Shown here one piece after another: positions 19,773-52,480 of a DNA stretch of 64,000 bases. The stretch is from the human T2T-CHM13v2.0 reference genome, Homo sapiens: NCBI RefSeq assembly GCF_009914755.1, contig NC_060929.1. One strand, 5' to 3'. The position numbers and the translations under genes were made by a program. Every line of letters starts with the position of its first letter. Position 1 is the stretch's first letter. The notes under the pieces were generated by a model. That model saw only the letters and a program-made list of their open reading frames with translations. It did not search any database and was not told where the DNA came from.

Positions 19773-20066
<294 letters not shown>

Positions 20067-20600
20067 CTAAATACTGAGCAAAAGAAAGTAAATATATAAA
20101 AGAAGCACATGATGTACTGATTCCATTTACATGAAATTCTAGAAAAAGCAAAACTTATCTAGAGTGACATAAAATAGATCAGAAATTGCATAGGGACAGT
20201 GGTGGAGGCGAGGGAGACTACAAAGGAACATGAAGAAATTTGGGGGTGATGGAAATGTTCTAATTCCTAATTATGGTGGTGGTTATACAGGTGCACATAT
20301 CTATCAAAACTCAAACTGCAGGCTGGGCGCGGTGGCTCACGCCTGTTAATCCCAGCACTTTGGGAGGCAAAGGCAAGTGGATAACCTGAGGTCAGGAGTT
20401 CGAGACCAGCCTGGTCAACATGGTGAAACCCTGTCTCCACTAAAAATACAAAAAATTAGCCAGGCGTGGTGGCGTGTGCCTGTAATCTCAGCTACTCAAG
20501 AAGATGAGGCAGGAAAATCGCTTGAACCCAGGAGGCGGAGGTTGCAGTGAGTCGAGATCGCACCAGGTGACACAGCAAGACTCCATCTCAAAACAAACTA

Positions 20601-22100
<1,500 letters not shown>

Positions 22101-22311
22101 ATAAGTTTAAAAAAAAGTCAATCTGCTGATTTTAAACAACCTTGGAACTGTTATCTGAGGAACCTCTTTCCACGGGACAAGTATGGTTGCTATGTCTTAT
22201 GGAAACAGGTTCTTAAAACAACAGTTTGAGAAGCCCTTACCACCTCTGGCCTACAATACCATAATAGTCTGCAATAAATACCACTGTCTTTTTTTTTTTT
22301 TTTTAAGATAG

Positions 22312-22614
<303 letters not shown>

Positions 22615-22871
22615 TAATGTCTTTTAAATCTCTCTCGCATATTGCCTTCAAAGCTTTCTTAATACCTCTTGATCCAAGATGCTCTCAGTTCCATTACCCT
22701 GCTAATTATCTTCATAACAGTTGTCACTATCTGAATTTATCTATTTATTCACTTATTTACTGTCTGTCTCCCACTAGAATAGGAATGGCAAGACAATTTT
22801 TAATCCATATGATTTTAGTCAAGCCATTTAGAGTTTTCTTACATTATGAAAGATACATTTTATTTACTTAC

Positions 22872-22958
22872 CTTAGTTGGAAAAGGAAATTTGGAAGGTT
22901 CTGTTTTGCATGGTGTATGAATAGCCGTTAGAGGGGGAGGCCATGAATGCGTCATCTC
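22872..22958 (-). CDS. AFF4: AFF4 exon 5 (87 nt; [32 protein letters not shown]-binding region)
   Basis: Acceptor catttcag|GAG, donor AAG|gtaagt, phase 0-0; conserved AF4-family [11 protein letters not shown] motif. Confidence 0.96.
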
Positions 22959-23299
22959 CTGAAATGTAATTATTACAGTTTGTTTTCAACCAGGTCAAGG
23001 ATAAAAATTATACAGCTAAAAACCAGATTTGTATTTATAAATACTGGTTTCATGACAGCTCCTCCAAAATTCTACATACTTAGTCAATAAATATTAAGCA
23101 CAATTGTGTGCTAGGCACTATGGTGTAGGTAATAAGAAGATTAATAAATGCTCCCTGGCTTTGAGGAGTTTACAATTCAAATTATGAAACCTGTGAATAG
23201 TTACAGAAATCAGCCTGTAATCAAATACAAGGCACATAATAAAACGCTAATCAGGAAGAGCTTGCTAGGAGAGTGGGAGGAAGGGACAATGATAAGGAA

Positions 23300-23525
23300 A
23301 ACAGCTAACATTTACTGTGTACCTTGAATGGGCCAGACACTGTGCTAAGTGTTTTACATGTTTATTACTCATTTAGTACTCACAATGACATTATGAGGTA
23401 GATACCATTATTATCCTACCTCTATTTAGGATGAAACTGAAGCACAAAAGTTATTTATTCAAGGCCATACACTTAGTAAATAATGAACATTATATTTCAT
23501 CCTCAAAAGTCTGGCTATAGAGCCT
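23300..23525 (-). mobile_element. MIR
   Basis: agctaacatttactg...ccagacactgtgctaag...gaaactgaagcac core. Confidence 0.8.
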
Positions 23526-23919
23526 ATATATACTCGTAGAAAAATTTTGTCAGGGGAAGAAATCAGAAGAGAAATTTCAAAAGCACATGAGGAGGAAAAC
23601 AGAAAAGCAAGACCCTAAGTTTGATTTCATTCAATGCCTTCTGCCTAATCTTAATGCCAAATATGTCTGGGTGAGGTCTGGTAAGATTACAATGTGTATG
23701 TTAGATAAGCCAAGGAGACAGAAGTATCAGAATAAGGAGAGAGTATATTATTTCTGGCATTTAGTTCAAAGTAAGCCATCAGGTAAATTAAGGAAATGCA
23801 ACAAATTAACAGTGGTGTAACACCTAGGAATTTATCCCATAGCAATATCCACACAGTTTTGTAAAGATATACGTATAAGGGGCTCACACTTCAAAAACTG
23901 AAACAACCTAGGTAGTCAA

Positions 23920-24376
23920 TGTGAAAGTTGTGAGAATCAAAATGGAGTCACTAATGTTTATATATTTAAAAAAAAACAAAAAAACAAACAAAAAAAAACC
24001 CAAAACACCCTGAGCTGGGAAAGACCATGAAGAAAGGCTTCTCATGCTTGTATGCCTGATAAACAAAAAAATCTACAAAAACCACAACCTTGCACAAAGG
24101 TCATCAAAACCTTAAACCAAAAAAATATTTCCACAAGGACATCTGTCCAGCTTGTCCGACCTCAGACTGGTGTCATCCTTACTAGTGATCTTTGTAGCCA
24201 AGGATAATTATTTCAAAAACAATTATGTAATCTTCCTCATTTTTTCCTTCAAAAACCTTTGTCTCTCTTTACCTCTTTGAATATGACCATAGACTACTAT
24301 GGCACATGTATTTCCACTGCAATGCTCTATTCCCATCATCTTTTCTTTCAGAGAGCCTCTGTTATTTAGGTTGACA
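23920..24376 (+). mobile_element. Solo LTR, MER4-group (ERV1)
   Basis: Starts tgtgaaagttg...aaaatggagtcac, ends tttaggttgaca; imperfect TSD tcaa/ccaa. Confidence 0.75.
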
Positions 24377-26978
24377 CCAACACAGTACTGATTAAATAAA
24401 TTACCAGACATCTATAAAATAGAACACCAGACATTAAAATGAGAAATTTAACTGTTGATATGTAATGATGTCCACAGTATTTTATTAAGTGACAAAGACA
24501 AATCAGTCTACGTCCTAGTTAATGTTTAGCTTTGGGCAACAGAATGACAGAAGGAAGAGACAAGGGCACTTGATATATTACTACTTGAACCTCTTAAAAC
24601 AGCCACCTGCACATAATTGCTCTTTATTCCCTTAAAATGCTTTGATTTTTAATAGAATTTCACTTCCTGAAATAATATTATGTAATAGATTGCTTCCTAC
24701 ATCCAGCTCTAGAATATCAGCTCAAAGGCATAACATTATGACCACTGTATTCCCAGTGGTTGACACAAAGTAGGTGCTTAATGAGCATGCCTTGAATAAA
24801 TCATTTTTTCAATAAATATACATTTAGAGTGAATTTTTTTTTAAGTTCATGATGGGGTTCCTAAAAATGATATGACTACAAATACAAAGAAAACATGAAG
24901 GGAACACACACCTGAAGTTCCTTGCATACTACAGACAGGAAAGGGAAAAGGAAACAAAAATTCATAAACTCAGGTTTTTAACATTGGCATTTTATATCTC
25001 AAATATCAAAACTCTCAACTGAAAATTTGATTTAATTCTCCAATTATCATCGAATGACTGAGCACCTATTAACTAAAGGCCAAGTGCCAAGCCCCTGCAC
25101 ATATAAAATATGGATGTCAATAACATTAAAGAGATCATTAAATGTAAGAAAATCTTCCACATACTAATAATTCTATGAACTGTTGAGGATTCAGAGGAAA
25201 ATATTTATGCTCCCTTACACTTTTTATATACATGGCAACTAAGAAATGAATGAGATTCAAATGAAAGAGCTATCACTGTGGTCTCACAATCTGATACGGG
25301 GGAAGAAGTATTTCATTGGGATTACAGGGAAAAAAAATCTATATATAACTGAAGAGGGAGGAGAAATACATTCCAAGCTTACTTTATTTAAGGAGGTAAA
25401 AGAGAAAGAATGTATGTGGCTTAGGGAAACCAGTTTAGCAAAAGCGGTCAGTCAGTAATGAGAGAGGTTAGGATTGGCCTGCGGATATTAAATTTGGATA
25501 CTATTCTTTCTATAATCTTAGAGAGCCACTGAAAATTTTTAGGGAAAAATTAATTTATGAAGACCACAGGGCCTGAAGTAAAGAATCAGGTAGCAATGCA
25601 AAAGACATATGAGTAGGGAGATTCTGGAGGCAGAAAGGCTGAATGAGGCCTCTGTTATAATTACTGAAGCTCAAGGCGGCAGAAACGGGAAGAAAGGAAT
25701 GGATATTTAAAAAGCAAAAATTTTAAAGTCTACATCTAGTTTTGCAACTACATAGAACATGAGGAAGAAATTAGAGATATTTAGGATTCTACAGTTACAA
25801 GCATGGGAAAACGGTGTACTACTAATCCAAGGAAGTCTGATAAGTATGGCTTTAGACATGTTGAGTCTGAAGAGGCAAAGAGAAATAAATCCAAATGGAA
25901 ACTCAGCTAAGAAGCAATTAAGAGACAAACCAAAACCCAAAGGCCAGTGTAGGACAGAAAGACTAAATAGCTGTCTAAGAGATAAAGCCAAGAATGGTGG
26001 AAAAGGCAAGTCAAAGAGCAGAGGCTAGAAGAATGCACCTGCACTTAAGAAACAAGAGAAGGCACAAGGGTTCCAAAAAGGGCAAAGAAAGAGAGGCAAG
26101 AAAGGTGGAAGGCAAATAAAAACAATGAAGCATAAAAACAGTCAAGGAAAGAAGAATGTTTGCAGAAGGAAAAAATACATAGCAGAAAGAATAAAAAAGA
26201 ACTCAAATGATGCCTCTGGATGGAGGGAGAAAGATAATGACCATAGAGAAACAGGTTCAGCAAAATGGCAGAGGTAAAAGGGAGATTATAGTGGGCTAAA
26301 GGAAGGAATGGGAAAGAAAAGAGTGGAAGCAACCAATGCAGGTAGTCTTTCAAAGGTGTTCACAGTGAATTTAAGTATAGACACAAATTCAGGAGCTCAC
26401 AAAAAAAAATAAAAAAGAAAATACAAGTAATATGTGACTGACAGTTTTCTCTACTAAGCAAAAAGTAGTCATTGTCATTCACTAATTCACTGGACTTTCT
26501 CTTTTTCCAATAGAGTAATGTACTTTTTGGTCATGTGTCAATTTTAAACATGTGTCATTAAATACCCAAAATGTTGGCTGGGCGTGGTGGCTCATACCTA
26601 TAATCCCAGCACTTTGGGAGGCCAAGGCAGGCAGACAGGAGTTCCAGACCAGCCTGGCCAACATGGTGAAACCCTATCTCTACTAAAAAAAAAAAAAAAA
26701 AAAAAAAATTAGCCAGGCATGGTGGCAGATGCCTATAATCCCAGCTACTCAGGAGGCTGAGGCAGAAGAATCACTTGAACCTGCGAGGCGGAGGTTGCAG
26801 TGAGCTGAGATCACGCCACTGCACTCCAACCTGGGTGACAGAGTAAAACTCTGGCTCAAAAAAAAAAAAAAAAATGTGTAAAGCAGCCGGGTGCAGTGGC
26901 TCAGGCTATAATCCCAGCACTTTGGGAGGCCGGGCAGGAGGATGGGGGAGTGGGGAGTAACTGGAGGTCAGAAGTTCA

Positions 26979-27359
<381 letters not shown>

Positions 27360-27487
27360 TTAATGTTTTCCAGGCAAAGTAAGTGTTAAGATTAAAATTT
27401 ATTTTACTTAAAAGCAAAGAACGCGGCCAGGCGCGGTGACTCACACCTGTAATCCCAGCACTCTGGGAGGCCGAAGCAGGTGGATCA

Positions 27488-27787
<300 letters not shown>

Positions 27788-27928
27788 TTATGATGGACAT
27801 AATCAAGTTACAAATATAAGCAATCTGTTGCTTCAGATCCTTTGTGAAATACAGGTAGAAAGAGGGTAAGAAGGTGGCAGAGCATAAAAAATTAAAGAAA
27901 TTGAAATGATTTTTTTTAAAAAACTTAC

Positions 27929-27973
27929 TTTTAGGATTTCATCCACACAGCTCACATCACCAGAAGCTGATGC
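27929..27973 (-). CDS. AFF4: AFF4 exon 4 (45 nt; ASASGDVSCVDEILK)
   Basis: Acceptor tctttcaag|GCA, donor AAA|gtaagt, phase 0-0; AF4-family CVDEILK motif. Confidence 0.95.
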
Positions 27974-28345
27974 CTTGAAAGAAAAAGCAGCACACATTAG
28001 ATTTTTATCAGTAGATTTTTAGTATTTGCTTCACAGATTTAAAAACATTATTAAAAGTATTTATGACCCCACTACTCTAAATCAGTACACTGGTTAGAAT
28101 CTTTGGATTAATTTCCTTAAATATAAATTTTTCAAGCACCAGAAAATTTTAATCACCAAACTATACAAAGCTGGGGGAACTTTATAGTTTTCAAAGGTTT
28201 TAAGTTTTTTATCCTATATTTTAGATTAGAAATAATTTTTAGAATGTAATTTTTCAGGTGTGCAGCTTGTCTAAAAATTTAATCTTACCTATATATAAAA
28301 CATATCATGATACTGAGATACATCATTTCACATAAACAAAGTTAA

Positions 28346-28474
28346 CCCATTTATGCCAGAGGCTGCAAATTTTTTGTGTGAAAAATCGTACCTTAGCGAT
28401 GACCTTGAGCAGTAGGACGTAAGTAACTCCTACGAGCTTAGCATTCCAATAATGGAACACCAAGCATAAATGGG
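28346..28474. mobile_element. MER85 piggyBac-family MITE
   Basis: TTAA at 28342-28345 and 28475-28478; terminal inverted repeats CCCATTTATGC/GCATAAATGGG; internal palindrome ATTCCAATAATGGAAC at 28443-28458. Confidence 0.9.
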
Positions 28475-28754
28475 TTAAACAAGTATTACTGAAAGATTAC
28501 TAGTCTGGAACATGGACATTTTACATAGTCTTTCTAAGTCACAAAAACCAAATTGCTTATTCTAAGGCACAAACAGGAATTAGAGAGCCGAACTCAAGTC
28601 AAACTCTAAAGATCATGTTGTTTAAGGAAAGAACAAATTACCATTTTACTGTTCTCTTGAGAGGAGTAATCAGATAACAAATGCCACTCAAAATGAGTTT
28701 CCCAAGGCCACTGGAAAGATGTTTTAAATGTTTGCAAAACAGCATTTTACATTA

Positions 28755-29207
<453 letters not shown>

Positions 29208-29858
29208 TTAGCACTTTGAAGGCCAAGATGAGAGGATCGCTTGAGGCCAGGAGTTCCAGACCAGCCTGGGCAACATTATGAGACACCCATCTTGAAAAAA
29301 AAAGATATAATTTCAGCTATTTCACAATGAAATGTTCCAAAATGCTTTGGTAAGCAATTCAATTTAAATTTCAAACCATCACTATGAACCTGGAGCAGCT
29401 GTCTTAATCCTTTAAGTATAACCAGAGAAAAGGATCATAGCATTCAAAGTATACAATATTACTATTTCCACAGACCCAAAAGTCCCATTTATCATAACCA
29501 TAAACCATCACCTGCATCTCATTCATTAGTATCAATCTAAGCATAGAAAAGTTAATTTTGTTTTTAAACAACAACAAAGGTATATTGTTCTATAAAATCA
29601 AAATGCAGAAATCTAAGATATCAATTAGTCATTCTTTTATTCTATAACTGACTTGTCATCTAAGTATTTGAAAACTGTGAATGACATTTTCTCCATTTCC
29701 CAAGAGGACGAGTTAACAGATCTACGCATCCACTTGGGAGTAACTCACAAGTCTGTCTTTACATTTTTTTCATCTTTCAACTTTTACATTCCTTACTATT
29801 AAGGCAAGGAAGCAGTGTTCAAGTTCAATCGTAATTTCATGATCAGTCAATTGCTTCA

Positions 29859-30692
<834 letters not shown>

Positions 30693-30919
30693 CTACAAAA
30701 AAATAAAATAAAATAAAATTATAAAATGAGCATAATCAGAAATAAAATATAATTCTGAACTAATTTTCCAAACTTCGAATGGAAAGGGGCTTTTCAAAGG
30801 GAGGCTTTACCTCATATCTTAACGTTAATACCTTGAAGCAAACTCCAAATATATCATTTCTGTAGTGAAAAAAAAAATCATTGAAAAGTGCCTAAAAATA
30901 ACCATAGTAAAATATAATC

Positions 30920-32045
<1,126 letters not shown>

Positions 32046-32778
32046 TAACTTCCACAGTCCAGCAGATTAGCTAACATTCGTATTTTGGCAGTTTATGAAA
32101 ATATTATATTCCTCATAACTCAATGTTATAGTTAGAAGCAGAAACAAAAATTTAATGAAAAAAGTGATACCCAAATGACTGTCTATAACAACAGAAAAAG
32201 AAATCAGACTGATACTGAAGACACATTTATTCAAACATACTAATAATCTCTGAAACTTTGTAAACTAAGTAGCAAATGGCAGTGAGAAGAAACAAAAGCA
32301 TCTATGAAATATTCATTTTTTATTGATATCACACTTAAAGAACACCTAGGAAAAATCAAACAATGCAAATTGAGTTACAAAATTCTAATTTAATTCAAAA
32401 TTCAGAATGGTGAAGTACCCGCCGATGGTTAGTAGCACAACTAGGAAAATAGAGGTAAATGTATGAGCCAACTCAGACCACATTTTTAAGAACACAGGAC
32501 AGCAATAGGAGGTGGGTTGGAAAACGACTTTTAGGGTGCTGGTACTGCTCTATTTCTTGATCTGAGTTGTATGAAGCTGTTGATGCTGTGAAAATTCTTC
32601 AAGCCATAATACCTATGTTGTGTATTTTTCTGTAAGCATAATATACTCCAAAGAAAAGTTTATCCCCAAAAAATATCTTCTATGTAAAGGACAGGAAAAA
32701 AATGTTAAGTGGTATTCATAGTAATTCTTTTCTAATATAAACATTCAAGTGTGAAACATTTTAAAAGCAAAAATGTCA

Positions 32779-32970
<192 letters not shown>

Positions 32971-34020
32971 TCACAGAAATAAAAGGAAAAATTAAATATT
33001 CTGTACAGATTTTGTCAGCTTAACACTTCAATCACAGATTCCCTTTTGACCTCCAAGTAATAACAGGCATTAGTGCTGAAGCTGGGTTTTGGTAATGGTT
33101 TTATCAACAAATACCAATAGTGTCTTCCACAACTATTCCAAGGAAACACTAGCCCAGAATATTAGAACCCACCCCAACAAAACACTTAACCTTATCAATG
33201 TTTGAAGTACTCTGTTAGCTAAAAGCAAAAACTTGTACATTCAGAGGGAACGTAGTATTTGAACACAAATCCTCAGTATTTCCTTTTGGGCCCTCCTCTT
33301 CAGAAATCTGCCTATTCTTTGCCCTTAGAAGCATATAACCCACTCCCAACTACCACCCTTCCCCCCAGGGTCCAGTTCTTTTCTCTACTTTGCATCTACC
33401 TTATCTTGATTTCTTTTTGTCCCAAACACAGCTTCCTTGGTGTCCATCCTTACGGTAGTTTGACCTCAGCTTTGCTGTTGCTCTAGATTCCCTAAAAAAC
33501 GACATTTCTGCTCTAAATATATTAATATTTCAATTAACACCTCAATAAATGGCAAAACCCAGGTTTTCAGTGATAGAATCAAAAATTAACTTGGATTAGT
33601 AACAGCAACTAAACTTGTATTGAAAAAGGAAGTCTTTGGAGTGAGGGGAAAATGGAAGTCCCATCTCTATAATCAGGACAGTTTGTCTTATTTTCACTAG
33701 AACAAACCAAGAGAAATACAGCCAATTTATAGCAGCAAGGATTTTGATTAAACAGACAATGGTAGTAAAGGCTGGCAAACTCTGGCACTAGGGATTACCA
33801 GGGAATCTGCAACACTCTTCCCTGGAGACAGATTAAATAATCAGACCTGGTTTTGTTTTTTTTTTTAAAAAAAAAGGCTCACTGGAGCCCAGAAAGAAAC
33901 AATCAGGTTATATGTGTGGAGCATTTCTGGCCTATAATTCATAAATCAAATCAGAAAATTAAAGTTCATCAGAAACTATAATTATAAAATTAGAATTAGT
34001 AACAAAGCAGTATTATACTC

Positions 34021-36800
<2,780 letters not shown>

Positions 36801-37044
36801 AAAAATTAATATACCAGTTATAGTGCTTATTCTCTATTTTTTTCTGATCTTTTTGTATCAAATATATTGGTTCGATTTTTTTTGCCTCCTGTGTCTCTTA
36901 CCATCACTATCTCTGGCTAAGATGAAATAAGTTTTCTCCAAAAGCAATAATTCCAGTAATTTCAACTCCTCCAACGTTAACATGAAATTTAAATGAGTCA
37001 ATCTGAAGTATATCTTTGTCAAACGGGCAAAACTATTTTATAGC

Positions 37045-38530
<1,486 letters not shown>

Positions 38531-38680
38531 ATCCTGCCACTTGACAAAATACCATTTATCACCTGGGTGCAGTGGCTCATGCCTGTAATCCCAGCAGTTT
38601 GGGAGGCCGAGGCATGAGGATCGCTTGAGCTCAGGAGTTCAAGACCACCTTGGGCCACATGATGAGACCCAGTCTCTACA

Positions 38681-42560
<3,880 letters not shown>

Positions 42561-42660
42561 TAGTACACCTTAAAAATAAAAATTTAAATGTGTATTCCTA
42601 GGAATTAAATGCATTCTATAATTTTTTTATAAACACATACATTAGTTATAAAACATTTTA

Positions 42661-42941
<281 letters not shown>

Positions 42942-43697
42942 TCAGGAGTTCAAGACCAGCCTGGCCAACATGGCCAAACCCCATCTCTACTAAAACTACA
43001 AAAATTAGCCGGGTGTGGTAACGCGCACCTGTAGTCCCAGCTACTCGGGAGGCTGAGGCAAGAGAATCATTTGAATCTCGGAGGCAAAAATTGCAGTGAG
43101 CCGAGATTGTGCCACTCCACTCTAGGCTGCACAACAGAGTAAGACTCTGCCTCGAAAACAAAAAATTAAAACTATTTAGTGTAAAATGTGTATTCTAACA
43201 TCCCCCATTCAAGTGGAGGTCAGAATTTGTTACAATGTTTTTTGTTTTTTGTTTTTTTCACTTAGTGTCTTAAAATAACTATCCTACTGAAAAACAGAGT
43301 CATTCAACTATAAGATTATTGAGTGATTTAAACTCTGAAAGTCAAAATGAGATTTGAGCTAATATTTCAATTATTTTCAAACCCAGTATATTACAACTGC
43401 TATTAAACTGTAACTTTACCACAATGCACTATGCTAAAGCACAAAGCCTCAACAGTACATAAATCCCTCTTGGCCTCATTTGGTAGAATTTCTCTACCCA
43501 TGAGACAGTCTGAAGAGGTCACTTCCTACAAGTCAGGGAAACAAAGGTTGTACACCTACAGATCAAAGCCAATAACAAAACATCAGGTCCCAAGACAATA
43601 TTTAGCACAGAAGGACCTTTGCCCCAAAGTTAGTCATGAGACTTCTATAGCCTTCAGGTTTAAAATAATGTAGTGAAAAACGTGAAAACAAAGATAA

Positions 43698-44131
<434 letters not shown>

Positions 44132-44209
44132 TGACTCCCCACAATCCTAATTTTCATTCACAAATAACCTTGTCTTAATGGACAAAGATTAAAAAACAAT
44201 ACTAAAAAT

Positions 44210-45135
44210 CAGAGAGAGGCAGCTCCAGCAGCAAACACAGCGTTATCATGGCCTCACAGTGACGAGCATGTTCTGGGGCTTTGTTGGCTTCTTTGTGCCC
44301 TAGTTCGTCACTAAGCGGCCTAACTGGGGAGTTATCATCACCATGATGGTGACCTGTTCAGTTTGCCACTCTCTTTTGGCTGATTGCAATTTTGGCCCAA
44401 TGCAACCCTCTCTATAGACCATGACTGAAAGATGAAACCACCTGGTATCTGAAGCATCATTGGCCTTGAGGAAGAAGACATGTTTTACAGTGTTCAGTCA
44501 TTGAAATCAAGAAAGCGAATTCCTTTTTGGATGCAAAATCACCTCCAAATGCAGGCCACCTTCTTCGACTTTGCCTGTTTGGGGCATCAGCTGCCTTAAA
44601 TGTTCATACCACATTTGAATTTTTTTTCACAATGCAGTACTTTTTCCTTGACCTTATTTACACTTTGATGAATTATGTGTGTACTTAACCTAAACTGTGC
44701 TGATTCCACACAATGTTTATGGACTCTTCCAAGACAGAAGATGCTCTCTTCTGAGAAATATATTAATCTATCCCTTGGAATTTATAGATTTGAAGATGGC
44801 TCTTGCCTTATCAAAACATGGGACTCAGTGACGGGTCTAAAAACTGCTACTAGACAAAAAAGACTCCAGTGGGGCAATCAGTAGGAAGGCATGTTGAGAG
44901 GGAAGATCCCAACAAAACTACACCAAATTACATTTTCAGGATGAAAATCTTATTTCTGCCTTTTTTTTTTTTTTTTTTTTTGAGATGGGGTCTTGCCATA
45001 TTGCTCAGGCTTGTTTCAAATTCTTTGGCTCAAGCAATCCCCCTGCCACAGCCTTCAGAGTAGCTGAGACTACAAGCATAAGCCATCATACCTGGCTCTC
45101 TGCCATCTTTTGGAATAAATTATTTTTCTGCTTTA
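44210..45135 (+). pseudogene. ATP6V0E1 (V-ATPase subunit e1) processed pseudogene
   Basis: Degenerate intronless CDS ~44237-44469 (FWGFVGF.VP, GVIITM.VTCSVC, FWLIAILAQ.NPL, LK.ET.WYLK.HWP*) with lost ATG and internal stops; 3'UTR with AATAAA at 45114-45119; short minus-strand Alu monomer inserted at 44961-45096; probably ATP6V0E1P1 (unverified). Confidence 0.9.
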
Positions 45136-46446
<1,311 letters not shown>

Positions 46447-46674
46447 TTATCAATCAACCATCAACTTTCAAACTATCAGCGTCTACATCTATTCTCTTCC
46501 CTCCCAGTGACAAAGGAAAAAAACTCGAATCTTCCTAACAAAGAACAATTATCCTCATTTTGCTATCTTCTAGACCTTTAGCAGTTGCGATTTTTTCTCC
46601 AACAACTTCAACTTCTCCATCTCTAGTGAATCCTACGAATCCTTTCCATCAGCATTCAAACATATTCTTCTTTA

Positions 46675-46866
<192 letters not shown>

Positions 46867-47089
46867 TCAGGAAGCTGAAGCAGGAGAATCGCTTGAACCA
46901 GGAGGCAGAGGTTGCAGCGAGCAGAGATCGCCACACTGCACTCTAGCCTGGGCAACAAAGCAAGACTCCGTCTCAAAAAAAAAAAAAAGTCTTCATTGGC
47001 CCCACATCTCTCTCCAGCCAAGCTTCTCAAAAGGACTTTTGGTGATTCTCCACCTCCTCAGCAACCACTCATTTTATAAAATGTTACCC

Positions 47090-47975
<886 letters not shown>

Positions 47976-47997
47976 CCGTCCGTATCCAATCACTATT

Positions 47998-48072
47998 CAA
48001 CATTCTACTGTTTCCAATTTCCCAACATTCTGTTTCCAATTTCCCAACATTCTGTTTCCGATTTCCCACATC
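47998..48072. repeat. 22-bp minisatellite, about three copies
   Basis: caacattctgtttccaatttcc unit with small variants. Confidence 0.9.
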
Positions 48073-48443
48073 ATATTTCTTTACCAAGATCATTAGCAAC
48101 TTCCATATTGCTAAATTCAACAGATATTTTATCATTTTACTTGACTTACCATTCAATACATTCAGCCACTTATCTCTCCTTGATATACTCTTTGGCTTCT
48201 GTAACACTTAGCCTTCCCAGCTTCCCCAGTTCCTCTGGCTCTTCCCATCCTACCTACCAGATGTCTTCAAAAGTGGTGCTCCACCGTGCTCAGACATGGG
48301 TCTTATTCTCGTTCATTTTATATCCTCTCCTTACATTCCCAAAGCTTAAAATATCTCTATGTGGCCAGGCGCGGTGGCTCACACCTGTAATCCCAGCATT
48401 TTGGGAGGCCAAGGCAGGCAGATCACTTGAGGTCAGGAGTTCA

Positions 48444-48776
<333 letters not shown>

Positions 48777-50067
48777 CTATCTAAGAAATCTAAATCAGGG
48801 CTAGGCACTACCATGCCTGTAATCTCAGCACTTTGGGAGGGCAAGGTGAGAGGACTGCTTGAGCTCAGGAATTCAAGACCAGCCTAGGCAACATAGGGAG
48901 AATCTGTCTCTACTAAAAAAAAAAAAAAATTGTATTATCTTTTTTTAATCCCAAAGGCTTCAAAACTAAGAAATCTCTGTTTTTTTTAATTTCGATTTTT
49001 TATTTTTTAGAGACAGGGTCTCAGTCTGTCACCCAGGCTGGAGTACAGTGGTGCAATCATAGTTCACTGTAACCTCAAACTCCTTAGGTAAGTGCTCCTC
49101 CCACCTCAGCCTCCTGAGTAGCTGGGACTAAAGGATGCATGACACCACACCTGGGTAATTTTTTTTTCTTTTCAATTTTTTGTAGAGACAAGATCTCACT
49201 ATGTTGCCCAGGCTGGCCTAAAACTCCTGGCCTCAAGTAATCCTACCACCTCAGCCTCCCAAAGTGCTGGGATTACAAGAACTTTGTAATGAGTCACCAT
49301 GCCCAATCCCAAAAATCTCAATCTTAATACATCTAAAATTAATTTTCTGATCTGCTTTCCCTTATCACCAACCACTCCTCCTCCAGTGATCCTCATCCTA
49401 ATAGTAATGCATCCAGCCAGCCAACTGCTTTTGCTGAATTCTTCCTTCAACCTCTCTTCAAATCTAATCCATCACCATAACTGCCAAAATATATTTTGAA
49501 TCTCCCTCCTCACTTCTTTTTCCACTGCCACCGTTCAAAACACACCACATTTTATCTTCCGCTTGAATAAACGCTACAGCCTTTCTAATTGGACTTCTAC
49601 TTCCCTCGGTCTCTCTTTATATGCCATACGGCAGCCAAAGTAATCTTTCTAAGACACAAGTCAGGTCAGATTGCCTAACTCCTGCTTAAAATTTTTAAAT
49701 AAGCTTTCCGTTTACTTTAAGATAAACTTTAAAGTCCTCAACATGGCTTACAATATTCTACTTGATCTGACTCTTGTCTCCTCATCAGATTAATCTCATA
49801 CTTTCTACCAGTCCCTTCCAGTTCTTGAACACAGTGTGCATTCCAGATTCAGGAAAGTCATGCATATGAGCAGTTCCCAATCTTTTTGGCACCAGGGACC
49901 AGTTTCACAGACGACAATTTTTCCATGGATGGACAGGGGTTGCGGGGAGATGATTTTGAAAGAAAACCATTTCACCTCAGATCATCAGGCATTAGTTAGA
50001 TTCTCAGAAGGAGTATGCAACCTAGATCCCTTGCATGTGCAGTTCACAACAGGGTTCGAGCTCCTAT

Positions 50068-51156
<1,089 letters not shown>

Positions 51157-51318
51157 CTATGAGAATCTGATCTGATAGGAAGCAAAGCTCAGACGGTAAT
51201 GCTCACTTGCATAGTGTACTACATAATAGCGTACATACAACTATACAGGTCAGGTGTAGCGACTTATGCCTGTAATCTGAACACTTTGGGAGGCCAAGGC
51301 GGGCAGATCACGAGGTCA

Positions 51319-51805
<487 letters not shown>

Positions 51806-51899
51806 TACAAACAAAAAACCCTAACAGCCACCAAGTAAATGGGGACCTTGTAACTAACTGCTCAACCCTAAAGAAATCCTCAAACCCAAGTATCCACTA

Positions 51900-52480
<581 letters not shown>

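Noticed and set aside
25246-26353. ORFs in a purine-rich stretch of intron 4
   Set aside because: No recognisable protein or splice structure; looks like degenerate L2/low-complexity DNA
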